Part shown: positions 48,501-64,000 of the stretch, piece after piece
Position numbering within the stretch: the first letter of the stretch is position 1
Layout of the letters: the number at the start of each line of letters is the position of its first letter
Source of the DNA: Bugula neritina
Lineage: Eukaryota > Animalia > Bryozoa
Direction: 5' to 3'
DNA length: 64,000 bases
NCBI GenBank assembly: GCA_964035545.1
Contig: OZ037769.1
Location: 9,136,129-9,200,128 of the forward strand
Notes under the pieces: model-generated
Database searches by the model: none
What the model saw: the letters and a program-made list of their open reading frames with translations, nothing else
What the model was told of the DNA's origin: nothing
Program-made: the position numbers and the translations under genes

Positions 48501-51500
48501 CTATGCTGACCTTGCTGCTCTGCCAAAACTCGTTTTCAAACACTGGATTAACAATTTTCCTCATAAATTTTTACCCATTATTTGCTAGCGCCAAAAATTG
48601 ACATAGTTTGATGTTTAAAGTGGCCCAAACATGATAGAGACTCTTTTGAGATGACGCAGGTTGGACTAGCTTGCAATGATCTATAGCTTCAGTGACATGC
48701 TTGCCATAAGTGTAATTGATTACCCATACTAATACACTGAGAGGGGATCTAGTTTCAACACTCATGCTTAGTCTAAGTTTTTGGTAGAACAAATTGGAGA
48801 GGTGTCAACCCACCCTTATCAGCACTTGAGATTTAATAGCTAACCAAGTATAGGAATAGCCTGATTCTACACAGGAAATGTTGTTATTCTGTTGTTTAAG
48901 ATTCATACTATTACTCAGGCAGTCTCAGTAACTGAACCGTTAGTAAATATTATAGATGTGCAACTATAAATATGAGCTGTGTTAGTAAATATTCATTCCT
49001 TCACACTGGAATGTCAGATTGTTGGACACAGTTTCTGGACTAAAAGTTCGTTGAACTTATATTCTGAAACTGTGGCACAACACTGAATTAGTAGAAGCTG
49101 CAGTGCAACTCATACCAATAGATATACAAAAGGAATATAGTCTATACTCTTTTATTGTCAGCTCAGATACATACTGCAGAGTGCAGACTACCTTTCAACA
49201 TGTAATAGAAGTAAAGCTTGTTTTTTCGGCACATATATACTATGAGCAGTGGTACACCACTAATATTGTGTTGTAATTTCCTAATACATAATATATACAG
49301 TTACAGAGCTGATGATGCTACATAAAAATATTATTATTAATACTATGACTGTGATCATTTTTAGTATTTAATCTATCTCGCATCTTGATTGGTCCATAAT
49401 TTAGACTGTAAAATTTCTACCTGCACAATTTACTCTGCAGTACATAGAAATAAATTTCATACAAATCAACCTTAAATACAAAGTTGTGTTGTACTAAATT
49501 CCTACAAATATTAGCTGTGCATTTTAAACTAATATAGTAAGCAGTTTATGGAAAGAGACTTGTGTCTAAGCATAAGGTTTGCATTGGGAGCAACTTTGAA
49601 TGCTTCTTTAGCTATAGCTAGGGTTAATAACTGCAACTTTATATGTGCTTTACATATTATTTACAATCTATATAGCATATATATGTTTATACATTGAATA
49701 CTGTTTTTAATGTTAAATTTATTTGACCTTATAATTATAGGCATGTCATTTGTTACATAATATACTCTACATTACAAATTATATAAAATAACATGGTATA
49801 ACTGTTTTATTTTTGTTGAAAATATAAAATATTCAGTTAAATTATATGCATATGATTGCTAGAAATCCTATAAATATTTAGCTATTCATGCTATGAGTAT
49901 CAAGTTAGCAACATATAATAATAAAGGCTGTTTCCCAGCTGTGAAGGTGTATGTTTATATACTAGCCATATACTAGCACTAGATATGCTGCACAGAGAAC
50001 ATGTTTTGTTTTAATTTGCATAGTCAAGAGAGTCGGTGTGAAAAAGTAGTCCCATTAATTCCAGTTTTCACACAATATTGACACATATTTTTCATCTCTA
50101 GAATATTATGTTGAACTTTAATCTGTTGGCATCTTTAAATTTCATTATGTCACATATCATAATTATTCTCTAAATCTAAACATTTTGAACAAGTATACTA
50201 TATATATTATATTATAATATATTATATTATATCACTTAATTTGCACTTCACAGCAAATAATTTCACAACCTGTTTTGAAACTTTAGCTTGCCAACTACTC
50301 TCAAGTGTGTCACATCATTGCACTACTTAATGATGCATTCAGTTCCAGTTGTATCACCCACTCATGCAGTAAATGTTGTAAACAGATGCACCAACTATTG
50401 CCAAGCTAATGCAGCAAGTGATGCTTGTGTAGTGCTGGTGGCCATTCGAAGATATGTTGCATCTTGTCAGCATGCTATACTATCTTCCTTTATTCAAATA
50501 GCATCAGTTGATAAGCTATTTGCTAATATCTTTATTTATTCAATAAATTAACATAAAATAGTAACATATGTATTGTAGGCCTGATCAAACCTAATGGTAT
50601 AGCATAGTCATAATTTATCAGAACATTATACATTAACATAACAAGCTATTACTTACTGTATTATTATTAAACTGCAGTTATCCAAAGAGTGCAACATATT
50701 ATTTAGATTTGAAGTTCAAGACTTCTTTTTATCTGTATACAGTCAAAATCATACATAAGCAATTATCTAGTTAGATCTGAGGTAATCAGCATCCAATTTT
50801 GGCTTAATTCAAAACTAAAACGTCAACCTTCACTCCAAGTCAAGAGATAAATGTATGTAAATTTAGAAAATGCCAAAACATCACGCAATAGCATAGTATT
50901 GGGGCAATATTCTGTAACTAGCCTATGCTAAGAGTCTCTACCTCAACAGTCAACTAATATCAGTCATGGTGTTCAAGATAATATTGTCTACAATAATGCA
51001 AAGGAATAGCTTGACTTGGCCTAACAGAAACTTAAGCTTGCCAGATGGTTATGTTTGTATTTAGGGTGTAGGCGTATTTCAGAAACAATTAGATGCAACA
51101 TTTCAAAAGACAAAATAAGTCATACAAGGCAGCACCTCTGAATTATACTCAATAGCAGTTATTCACAGACATGTAACTTTTTGGAGCTATTAATATTATT
51201 ATTTCTTGTCTTCCTTTGTCTATCTGAACTTGATGTTCATTTATGTGCCGTGTATTTAAAAATAAGTTTCAGGAGTTGTAGTATATATGCAGGTATTGTT
51301 TGCACTACAATCACATGTATATCAACATCCTTTTAATATTTATTATATTCAAAGTTGTTTTGTACACTGTTGACTAACACTGTGTTGCTATGGTTATAAT
51401 TGCTGTATTTGCAAACTCTGAAAGTTTTATTGACAATGAAAATGTTTGTTTATTAACACACCGCTTCTCTCTATATAGTAACTAACATACACGTGCTTCT

Positions 51501-52949
51501 AGTCACTAACATGTGCTGTTATATTCACAGGAGAAAAGATGACAGAGGATGAAGTAGAAGCCATGTTTCAAGGGTTTGAAGATTCTCAAGGAAATATCAA
51601 CTATGAAGGTAAGCTGGTTTCAGAGTCTAGAATGTTCTTCTGTAGCAGCTGGTGGGAACTACTTGCTAGTCATGTTATATGCTATATTATAGACTCCAGC
51701 CTGGTCATTTACATCTCATTATAATGTTACCATAGTGTGAGTATTACAATGCAGCTACAGAATTCATTATATCTGATTGAGATACAATTCTCTATATAAT
51801 CACTAATTGTTAAGGTTGTTCACACTGAGTAGCTATTGATACCTTGTTGCTTAGTGATTATCCACACTAAGACGAAATATTAGAAGATAGTCACTACATT
51901 CATTTATATCATGCTCTAGCTTATATACATGTGAGTTATTGGCTTGTATGAGAAGCAATTCCATAAAATATTGGCAAATTATATGTTAGATGCTAGCTGG
52001 TTTAGCTTGCTTAAAAATAGTGAAAATTGGACAGATTTGCAGTTGGTTTAGCTCACTGTGAAGTATAAGAAGTAAAATATTAACATAAATGGCAATTGAT
52101 TGAAACTTGAGCAATTTCTTCTAAAGCAGGCCGCCTGAATCTTATGCAATAGTAGCCATCATTGTTATTAGAATCTACCAGAAAATATCTTTATTGTGGT
52201 GTATTACATTGGTAATGTAGTCTACAGAGCATAGCAAGTTGTTCTTAGGGCACATGTACTAAACTTGTATACACCATGTAATATAATCTTTAACGTTTTT
52301 CAGTCTTGGCTAAGATGGTAACAATATCTTAAATTGCTAAAGGTAGATTCCAATATTTTCTGTGTGATCTACTCACATACAAAAGAGTTGTCAGTCCTGC
52401 ACTTGGTATTTGTGTGGTATTGTTTTGCACTGTCATGAACATGTCTTATGAGACTTGCATTTTTCATATTCAACACCTGAGAGTTGTCGCCCTTGCACTA
52501 CCTAACCTCGTTGAGGAAGTAACTGCTAATTGTTTGATTTTTCAACTCCGCAACGCGTGGAACAGTTGATTTGCTACATAACATTTTAATTCAACTTTGC
52601 ATAGCATGAAAGTTTGATGGCCTTAAGTTGCCATAGATTGATACTATTCTGTTCATTTGTTTTTTGTTTGAGAACTTAAATTTAATTCATTTGCAATTGT
52701 ACTGTCTAAAAGCATGTAGTTGCATTATATCCTATAGCTTGACATTTATGTATGTTGTGTTAAATTCCTTTATAATGGAGAATTCAAGTGTTGAACGGTT
52801 TTATTATAGTGTTCTGCATAGGATATAAAATTATTGTTTAAATTTCGCTATAATTATTTCCGGTTACCTAGCTTAACATGCAGTAACATATTTAATATAT
52901 TTTCGTTTTAGAATTGATCGACATGGTGGTATATGGTAAATCTCTCTAG
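45523..52949 (+). CDS. Myosin essential (alkali) light chain, MYL6/Mlc-c-like EF-hand protein, about 149 aa
   Basis: Exons: ATG 45523-45525 (ATG|gtaatt), 45800-45827, 46016-46153, 47241-47405, 51531-51608, then 52304-52342 (VLAKMVTIS*) or 52912-52949 ([12 protein letters not shown]). Motifs [59 protein letters not shown]. Confidence 0.92.
47741..48500. repeat. 11-bp minisatellite GTATACTGACT in myosin light chain intron 4
   Basis: Visible in sequence. Confidence 0.95.
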
Positions 52950-53821
52950 ACAAGAAGTTGCAGATATTAATCAAAAGTACATGACTATTAAAAGATTAAG
53001 CTGTGTATTTGTTGTTTAGTGGAGTTACTTATAACTAAATTCACCTGTAATAGATGAGGAAGGTATAGCTTATGTTTACTGGCCTGCAACAGATAGCACA
53101 TGCTAAGCTGTGTCAGCATTCTTTGTGTATCTATTAGTATGTCAGTAGATGGCACTGCTTAATGTCACATTATAATTGTATTCCTGTCAGTGTAGTAGTG
53201 ATAGTAGCAGTCAATTAAGGAATTAAATTATTTTTTACAACTTTTACTTACTGGATATTATTCATATTAATTATATATAACATATTTTATTGACAACAAA
53301 ATTATTGAATTGAATAAAATTAGTAGTATTAATGAGTCTAAATGGCATTTTTCTGCACTAAATAGAAAACTATAATTATATACATATTTGATAAAAATAT
53401 ATACACTTTATACTATACATTTTGACAGTTTAGAGAAAAGTTATAGAGAACCATTATATAGAGGCCTCATACTTTAAACTGCATGACCTCTACAAGGTTA
53501 ACGTGTTTGTGTCATGTTGGCATGACTACCTATATTGGCTCCACTCATTGGCTAGTTGAGTTACACCAAGAGTTTGGGGCAAAGTAACTACATCTACAGC
53601 GGGACTCAGTTTATCATCTGCAGAAAGGTGACTGATGCTTGCTTCAGATAAATTGCTGTCCCCCATATAAGTAAAGTCTACAACATACACACATACCTGG
53701 TGAACAGGTGTTGAATAACACTAGCTATAAGTGAGCATAAAATTCCCTACAGCCTTTCATTCTTTATACAATTGTATCGTTGTATCGGTTGCATAGAAAG
53801 TAAATCTCAAGTCACACATTA

Positions 53822-58334
<4,513 letters not shown>

Positions 58335-58554
58335 TTTCAGTCAACCAGTATGAACTAACAGAGACCTGCACAACCTACAACCAATATAGTGTATCTATAA
58401 ATTATAGGTGCAAAAAAAACCCACGCAAGTTTATAGTCCCTATCCCTGTAAGAAAACACTGATGTAAAGGGGTTTTGTTAAATTGGGCTAAGGACTTATT
58501 AAGATGAGGAACAGGAGGAATTATAACTGGATGCTCTTTCTAACATTACCAATG

Positions 58555-58623
58555 GCCTTCGTCAGGGCTCGGACCCATGACTTCGTGCTTACTAGGCAAA
58601 CGCTCTAACCCCGAGACAACGGC
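58555..58623 (-). mobile_element. Degenerate tRNA-Thr(AGT)-like sequence, probably a SINE head or tRNA pseudogene
   Basis: Minus strand reads GCCGTTGTCTCGGGGTTAGAGCGTTTGCCT-AGT-AAGCACGAAGTCATGGGTCCGAGCCCTGACGAAGGC: D-loop-like GGTTAGAGC, CT-AGT-AA loop, degenerate B-box GGTCCGAGCCC; stems imperfect. Confidence 0.55.
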
Positions 58624-58699
58624 TATCAGATAATAAAGTTGAAATCAAAGTGTAAACATTTTTAAAAGCTTCAGGGCTGAAGTTGGTATCATAGCTCAG

Positions 58700-60360
58700 A
58701 AACTGACAAAGAGAAGAGAAGAAAAGCTAGTCCTGACTGATAAAGAATTAAAGCAGAATAAAAAGAAGTTGTAAGCAGCAGAGCAGGAGCTTGAAGGATT
58801 CTTAAAAAAAAGACTAAACAACAGGAGCAAGAACAAGGACAGTCACTCACAGAAGCTGAGAAAGGAGCTTGAGATTGTAATCAGTCAGTTCAACCAGGGC
58901 ACATTGGGTCAACACCCAAGCCTCCCACCCACTCAGGTTATGGGCGACGTCCAACTTCACACAAGACTCCAAGTCAGATAATAACCAGAGCCAATTAACA
59001 TAGACTGAGATGAAAGTTTAACATCACAAGGTGCTTCTCATAAAAACGGGGGAACAACTCCAGTCATAAAAAATATCACAGAGCAACAAATTTAAACACC
59101 AGCATAAACCAATTGGCACACAACATTGCCCAGGGTATAAAGAACACCAAAACGACCGATCTAGAGCCAGAACTGTTAAGTGGTAACACGCCAGAGCCTA
59201 ATGACTGCGAGTGCAAGTTTGACAGTTTTATGACCTCAATGGGCATTGAGGATGGTGCAAAAAAGATCAAATATTTAAAGAAGTATGTTGCTGGTGCAGC
59301 TAAGCAGTGTATACATGGGCTATTCTTAATACGAACCAATGACAGCTACTGCCAGGCAAGAAAGATGCTGAGGTTAAGATTTGAAAAACGCTAGATGTGT
59401 AAGATCAATAAAAAGTACACTGGATATGTGGCCCAAAATCTTGTCTAGTGGCACTATGGTGCTACAGAAGTGCGCAGACTACATTGAGAACTACTGCAAC
59501 GGTATGGTGACCCTGCCTGGCTTATCTATACTGAACTACCCTCAAATGAATGAACAGCTAGTTGCTGTGCTTCCTGAATAAATAAGAAAGAAGTGGGCCA
59601 GCAAAGGGTACAAGACCAAAAAGAATGAAAAGGAATATTCAGCTTTGCAAAAAAAATTATCTTCGTTCAATGAGATGGTTGAGGTAAACTCCATTCCACT
59701 ACTGCAGAATTCTCAAAAGGAGGCCAATAGCTAAAAAGAACTAATCAAATCACAAAAATTTTTTGCTACAAACACTCACCAGCCAGTAAGGGAATGTCTG
59801 TTTTGTAAAAATGATCATTCTACACCAAATTGCCTCGAACATGAGAAGTCTTATGCATATAAAATAAAATTCCTCCAAAATGAGATGCTGTTTGTTGATA
59901 GGAGGCAATCTCACGCTCAGATGACAATAAACATTTGTACAATACCACAAGGACTAATAAATGCTCATACTAGTAATTGTATTCTCTTTTATGACTAATT
60001 ATTAGGAGTGGATAATTTTCAATAGCCTGCACTGAGTTTTACTATATTACCCACAATCCTTTTCCAGCTCCTTCTCTTCTTTATTTTACATAAAATATAA
60101 TAGGCTTGTGAACTACCACTCTATTTCATCCCGATAATTAACACAAATAAGGTGGCCTCAGGCACCAGCTCAACAGAGGAGACAAGATATTCTTGAGAAA
60201 CATTTTTTCCAAGGATGATGTTTAAGAAAGAATACACTGCCTTCATGAAGGCAATTATTGAATGAGGGTAAGCTAAACTCGTTACCAAACCTGATACTGT
60301 TGCAAAAGTTACCATGTGGTATATACCGCATGTCACAGTAACCCACCCTAAAAAAATGTT
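58700..60360 (+). mobile_element. Decayed BEL/Pao LTR retrotransposon fragments (gag, Cys-His motif, start of RT)
   Basis: KIKYLKKYVAGAAKQCI..ARKMLRLRF gag segment; CLFCKNDH; YTAFM...WYIPH.V.HPKK typical of BEL/Pao. Confidence 0.75.
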
Positions 60361-60424
60361 CAAATTTCAACATTACCAATTGTTATATTTTGGATTCAAC
60401 TATTTATTCAATATTATAACATTA

Positions 60425-63363
60425 GGGGTAAGTGGGGCAGTTTGGACCACCCTATCTGCAGCTAAATCTAATTTGTTTTGAGTTGTCTTTCTTCTATGAA
60501 AACCAAGAATATAATGTAAAAAGTCTGCCATATTGTTTTTGCCCACATGCTGCTATTCTAGAAGAAGAGGTAAGCAGATATTTATAATTCTTTTAAAAAT
60601 AAAATTTGATAAAATATTTTCAATGGAGATTTTTGAAGTCATGTATGTTGTACAATTTATTCATATCTGGTGCATGCAAACATCTATGACCATAGCTAAT
60701 CATCATGCATTGCTAACATATCTTGCTAAATCAAGTTTTGAGATATATAAGAAAATTATAAATTTTGGCAGGTGGGGCAATTTGGCCCATATACATAGGG
60801 GCACTTTGGACCGCTGTCCAAAGTGCCCCGCCTACAGAATGCATGATTACCACTAAGGGATGTGGAGTAGAGCTTTACAACTTTAAGAGTTTTTTGTTTA
60901 CTGTTTTAGATTAAACATCATCATCATGGTTAGGAGTTACAAGAAAAAAAAACAGTGGGTAAAAGTCTCTGAGATGGCAATGAAGGAAGCTGTAGAATTG
61001 GTTTTAGCTGGAGAATCTCTGCGTCAAGTAGCAAAAAATTCTAATGTCCCACGTACTACACTCAGACGCTATGTTGATGAGGCTAAGGTTAAGGGATCTA
61101 ACATGTCATATAGCAAATCTACTTCAAGTTGTGCAGTCTTTACCGCTGAGCAACAGAGAATGTTTGAGGACTATTTAAAATTGGCAGCAAAGCAGAACCA
61201 CGGGCTTTCTAAGAAAATGACCAGGGAGTTTGCATGGGAGTATGCTAAAAAAGTAGGTGCTACATATCCTAAATCATGGGATTATGAACAATGTGCAGGT
61301 AAATATTGGATCAGTGGCTTTATGAAACGACACACAGATCTAACTTTAAGAAAACCAGAGCCTACCAGCCTCAGTAGAGGTACCTCCTTTACCAGAGCGA
61401 ATGCTAACCAGTTTTTTGACAATCTTCAATAGGTAATGGAAAGATACAAGTTTGCTGCTTCAGAAATCTACAATATGGATGAAACTGGCCTCACAACTGT
61501 ACACAAACCACCAAAGGTCATTGCAGATAGAAAGTGCCGACAAGTTGGTCATGTAACATTAGCTGAGCGAGGAGTTTTGATCACAATGGTTGGTGCTGTT
61601 AGTGCTGATGGTAGCAGTATTCCCCCAATGTTGCTCTTTCCTCGAGTAAAATATCGAGAGTTCATGCTTAATGGTGCTCCAGTAGGTTTAATAGGTGCTG
61701 CTTGTCAATCAAGAGAACTATTTATAGAGTGGCTTCGTCATTTCATACTGCATACTAGAGCATCTAAAGATAGGCCTGTCTTACTGTTGATGGACAATCA
61801 TGATAGCCACACAAGCATAGATGCCATACATTTGGCCAAGGAGAGTGGAGTGGTGATGTTAACATTCCCACCACATTGCAGCCATAAACTGCAGCCACTG
61901 GACATTGCAGTATATGGCCCGTTGAAGCGGTATTTTAATGAAGCTTGTACATTGTGGCATTTGAGTAACCCTGGCCAAACATTATCAATTTACAATATGG
62001 CATCTTTGCTAGGCTTAGCTTATCCTAGAGCCATAACACCCAGCAACATCTTAAGCGGATTCCGAAAGCCTGGTATTTGCCCAATAGATCGCAATGCTTT
62101 TGGTGATGATGATTTTCTCTCATCATATGTTACTGATCGCCCCCAACCAAGTAACCGTGTTGAAGTCGAATGTAATGGTGTAGTAGACTCTGTTTCTGAC
62201 AATTCTATCAAGCAAACTACTACTTCTGAAGGCCAGACTTTTTCATCTAGTGATTCTGCAGATACCAACAACCCAAGTGCTATCACACCGGAACAGGTAC
62301 AACCATTTGCTAAAGCTGGACCCAGAAAAACCAAACAATGCAACAGAAAGAGAAAAACAACTATTCTGACCAACACTCCAACAAAGATTCAACTTGAGAG
62401 AGAGGAAATGGAACGGATTGCTAGAAAAACGAAAAAACCATCAATATTGAAAAAGAGAAAGATTGCTAGAGAGGAAGATAGCAGCAGTAGTGAGGAAGAC
62501 TTTGCCATACCAATTGATGATACTGATGACCCATCGAGTGAGGACGAGATGGCTGATGTGGAAGCAATAACGGCAGACAAAATTAACGTTGGAAGCTACA
62601 TGTTAGCAGCACTTAGGGGGAAAGAAAAATGTTCGCCATTTTCCTGGGGTTGTCCACTCTATTCAACGTGACGAAGATACAGCTGTAATATCATTCTATA
62701 AGAGCGTAAGGAACATTTATTGTACCAGTGCAAGAAGATGTGGCTACAGTTGATATTTGCGACCTGGTGCTTCTGTTACCTACCCCAACAAGTTCTGGTG
62801 GTACTGAGCGCACATGTAAAAAGCTCACATTCAACATTGATTTATCGCAGTATATGCAAGATTGAAGGTCTACCGTCTACAACACTCCTTACAAACTATA
62901 GTTCTGGTCAACAGAATTTAGTGAATGCATTATATTAGGTTCATTATTATATCCGAACATTGCTTATTGCTTAGTGAATGTATGGACATGTTATATGTAA
63001 AATATCAATCACATCATGTTTTTAATGCTGTTATGTTACATAGAGTGCACAATATGCTTACATTTTAATAACAAAAAAAGTCCTGTGTGGTTCAAACAAA
63101 ATTGTTTCTTTTGGTCCAAAGCGCCTTATAGGGGGGGGGGGGGTTCAAACTACTCCTACTATGGGGCAGTTCGGACCTTTTGAGAAGACATTTTTAATTG
63201 ATTGTGACCAGGAGAAAATAGAGAAGTTTAATTATCTAAGTGTTTCATAGATAGCACAACATGTAAAACTAACATATTTTCTCGTTAAATTGTGCATATC
63301 ATCAATAGCGTGTTCAAAATATGTAAAAAACTCAAAAACGCTCCAGACTGCCCCACTTACCCC
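60425..63363 (+). mobile_element. Full-length pogo-superfamily (Fot-like, DD35D) DNA transposon with 22-bp TIRs and TA TSD
   Basis: TA|GGGGTAAGTGGGGCAGTTTGGA at 60425 and TCCAGACTGCCCCACTTACCCC|TA ending at 63363 (one mismatch). Confidence 0.92.
60926..62671 (+). pseudogene. pogo/Fot-like transposase (HTH-psq, CENP-B-like HTH, DDE_1) with an in-frame TAG at 61430-61432
   Basis: SLRQVAK..VPRTTLRR, AGKYWISGFMKRH, YNMDETG, MDNHDSH..35 aa..QPLD; apparent loss of the usual SGWM motif. Confidence 0.88.
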
Positions 63364-63365
63364 TA

Positions 63366-64000
63366 TATATCCGGTCTATTGTAAATTGTAACAGGCACAC
63401 ATACCAGCGTGGTTTTATTCAGTTGTTGAATAAGACTTTGTGAAAACAACAAGCTGGCGACGATCAATTGTTTGTATAATTATTTTGAGCTTAATACCTT
63501 TCCTAAACTACACCCATAGGCAACATTAGTTAATTTAAACACAACACTAAAGATTGGTTTATTTACGAGACCAGATTCACATCACTACGGATAGTTAATG
63601 AGATTGAAGGGGATAAACAACAAGAAGCAGCTTTTAATGCATGCCTGGAAGTGAAGCTGTGAGTCTATTAGTAAGCCTATCAGTTCCTACATTAATAAGT
63701 GATGTGACTTATACTGGCTTGCTCAAGTTGTTTGATCATCATTTTGGAGCTAGAAATGAGGTAGCTGAAGCCTACGTATTTGATACTCATACTCAATCAC
63801 CTACTGAACCAATGTCTGACATTGTACTGGCTCTTAAAACACTGTTTACTCACTGCAACTTTGGACTTACTGAGCAGGTGAAACAGAAGTTATGCAACAG
63901 GCATGTGGCTGGTGTCAGATCTGACACTATTAGACAGACATTAATAAGAGAGGGTGCAACTCCTACATGTGACAATCATGTGACATTGGCAACACAAATG
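63366..64000 (+). mobile_element. Gypsy 5' end: LTR remainder, PBS 63455-63463, decayed gag running off the window
   Basis: ...AAAACAACA then TGGCGACGA; gag-like VAEAYVFDTHTQSPTE..LALKTL..HCNFG. Confidence 0.7.

Noticed and set aside
58555-58623. Functional tRNA-Thr gene
   Set aside because: Acceptor, D and anticodon stems pair poorly and the T-loop lacks GTTCRA; kept only as a SINE or pseudogene.

Overview
Eukaryotic (invertebrate-like, AT-rich, short GT-AG introns) genomic DNA with three zones. (1) 1-22.4 kb is a nested transposon graveyard: several Ty3/Gypsy fragments and four RTE-type LINE copies, almost all on the + strand. One LINE is near-intact (14533-18003, 11-bp TSD), and its very first nucleotide is the start of a complete HDV-like self-cleaving ribozyme fold. 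(2) 23.8-58.3 kb holds four intron-rich housekeeping genes that I spliced by hand: NEDD1 (+), gamma-COP/COPG (-), a myosin essential light chain (+, with two alternative C-terminal exons) and snurportin-1 (-). COPG intron 1 carries a very young Gmr1-like LTR element with apparently identical 512-bp LTRs and an open Gag-PR-IN ORF, but no reverse transcriptase. Two other COPG introns are filled with minisatellites built from their own splice junctions. (3) 58.4-64 kb has a tRNA-derived SINE-like head, BEL/Pao relics, a full-length pogo/Fot-like DD35D transposon and a Gypsy 5' end. I saw no CRISPR, rRNA or intact tRNA. All calls come from reading the sequence; no searches or folding programs were run.
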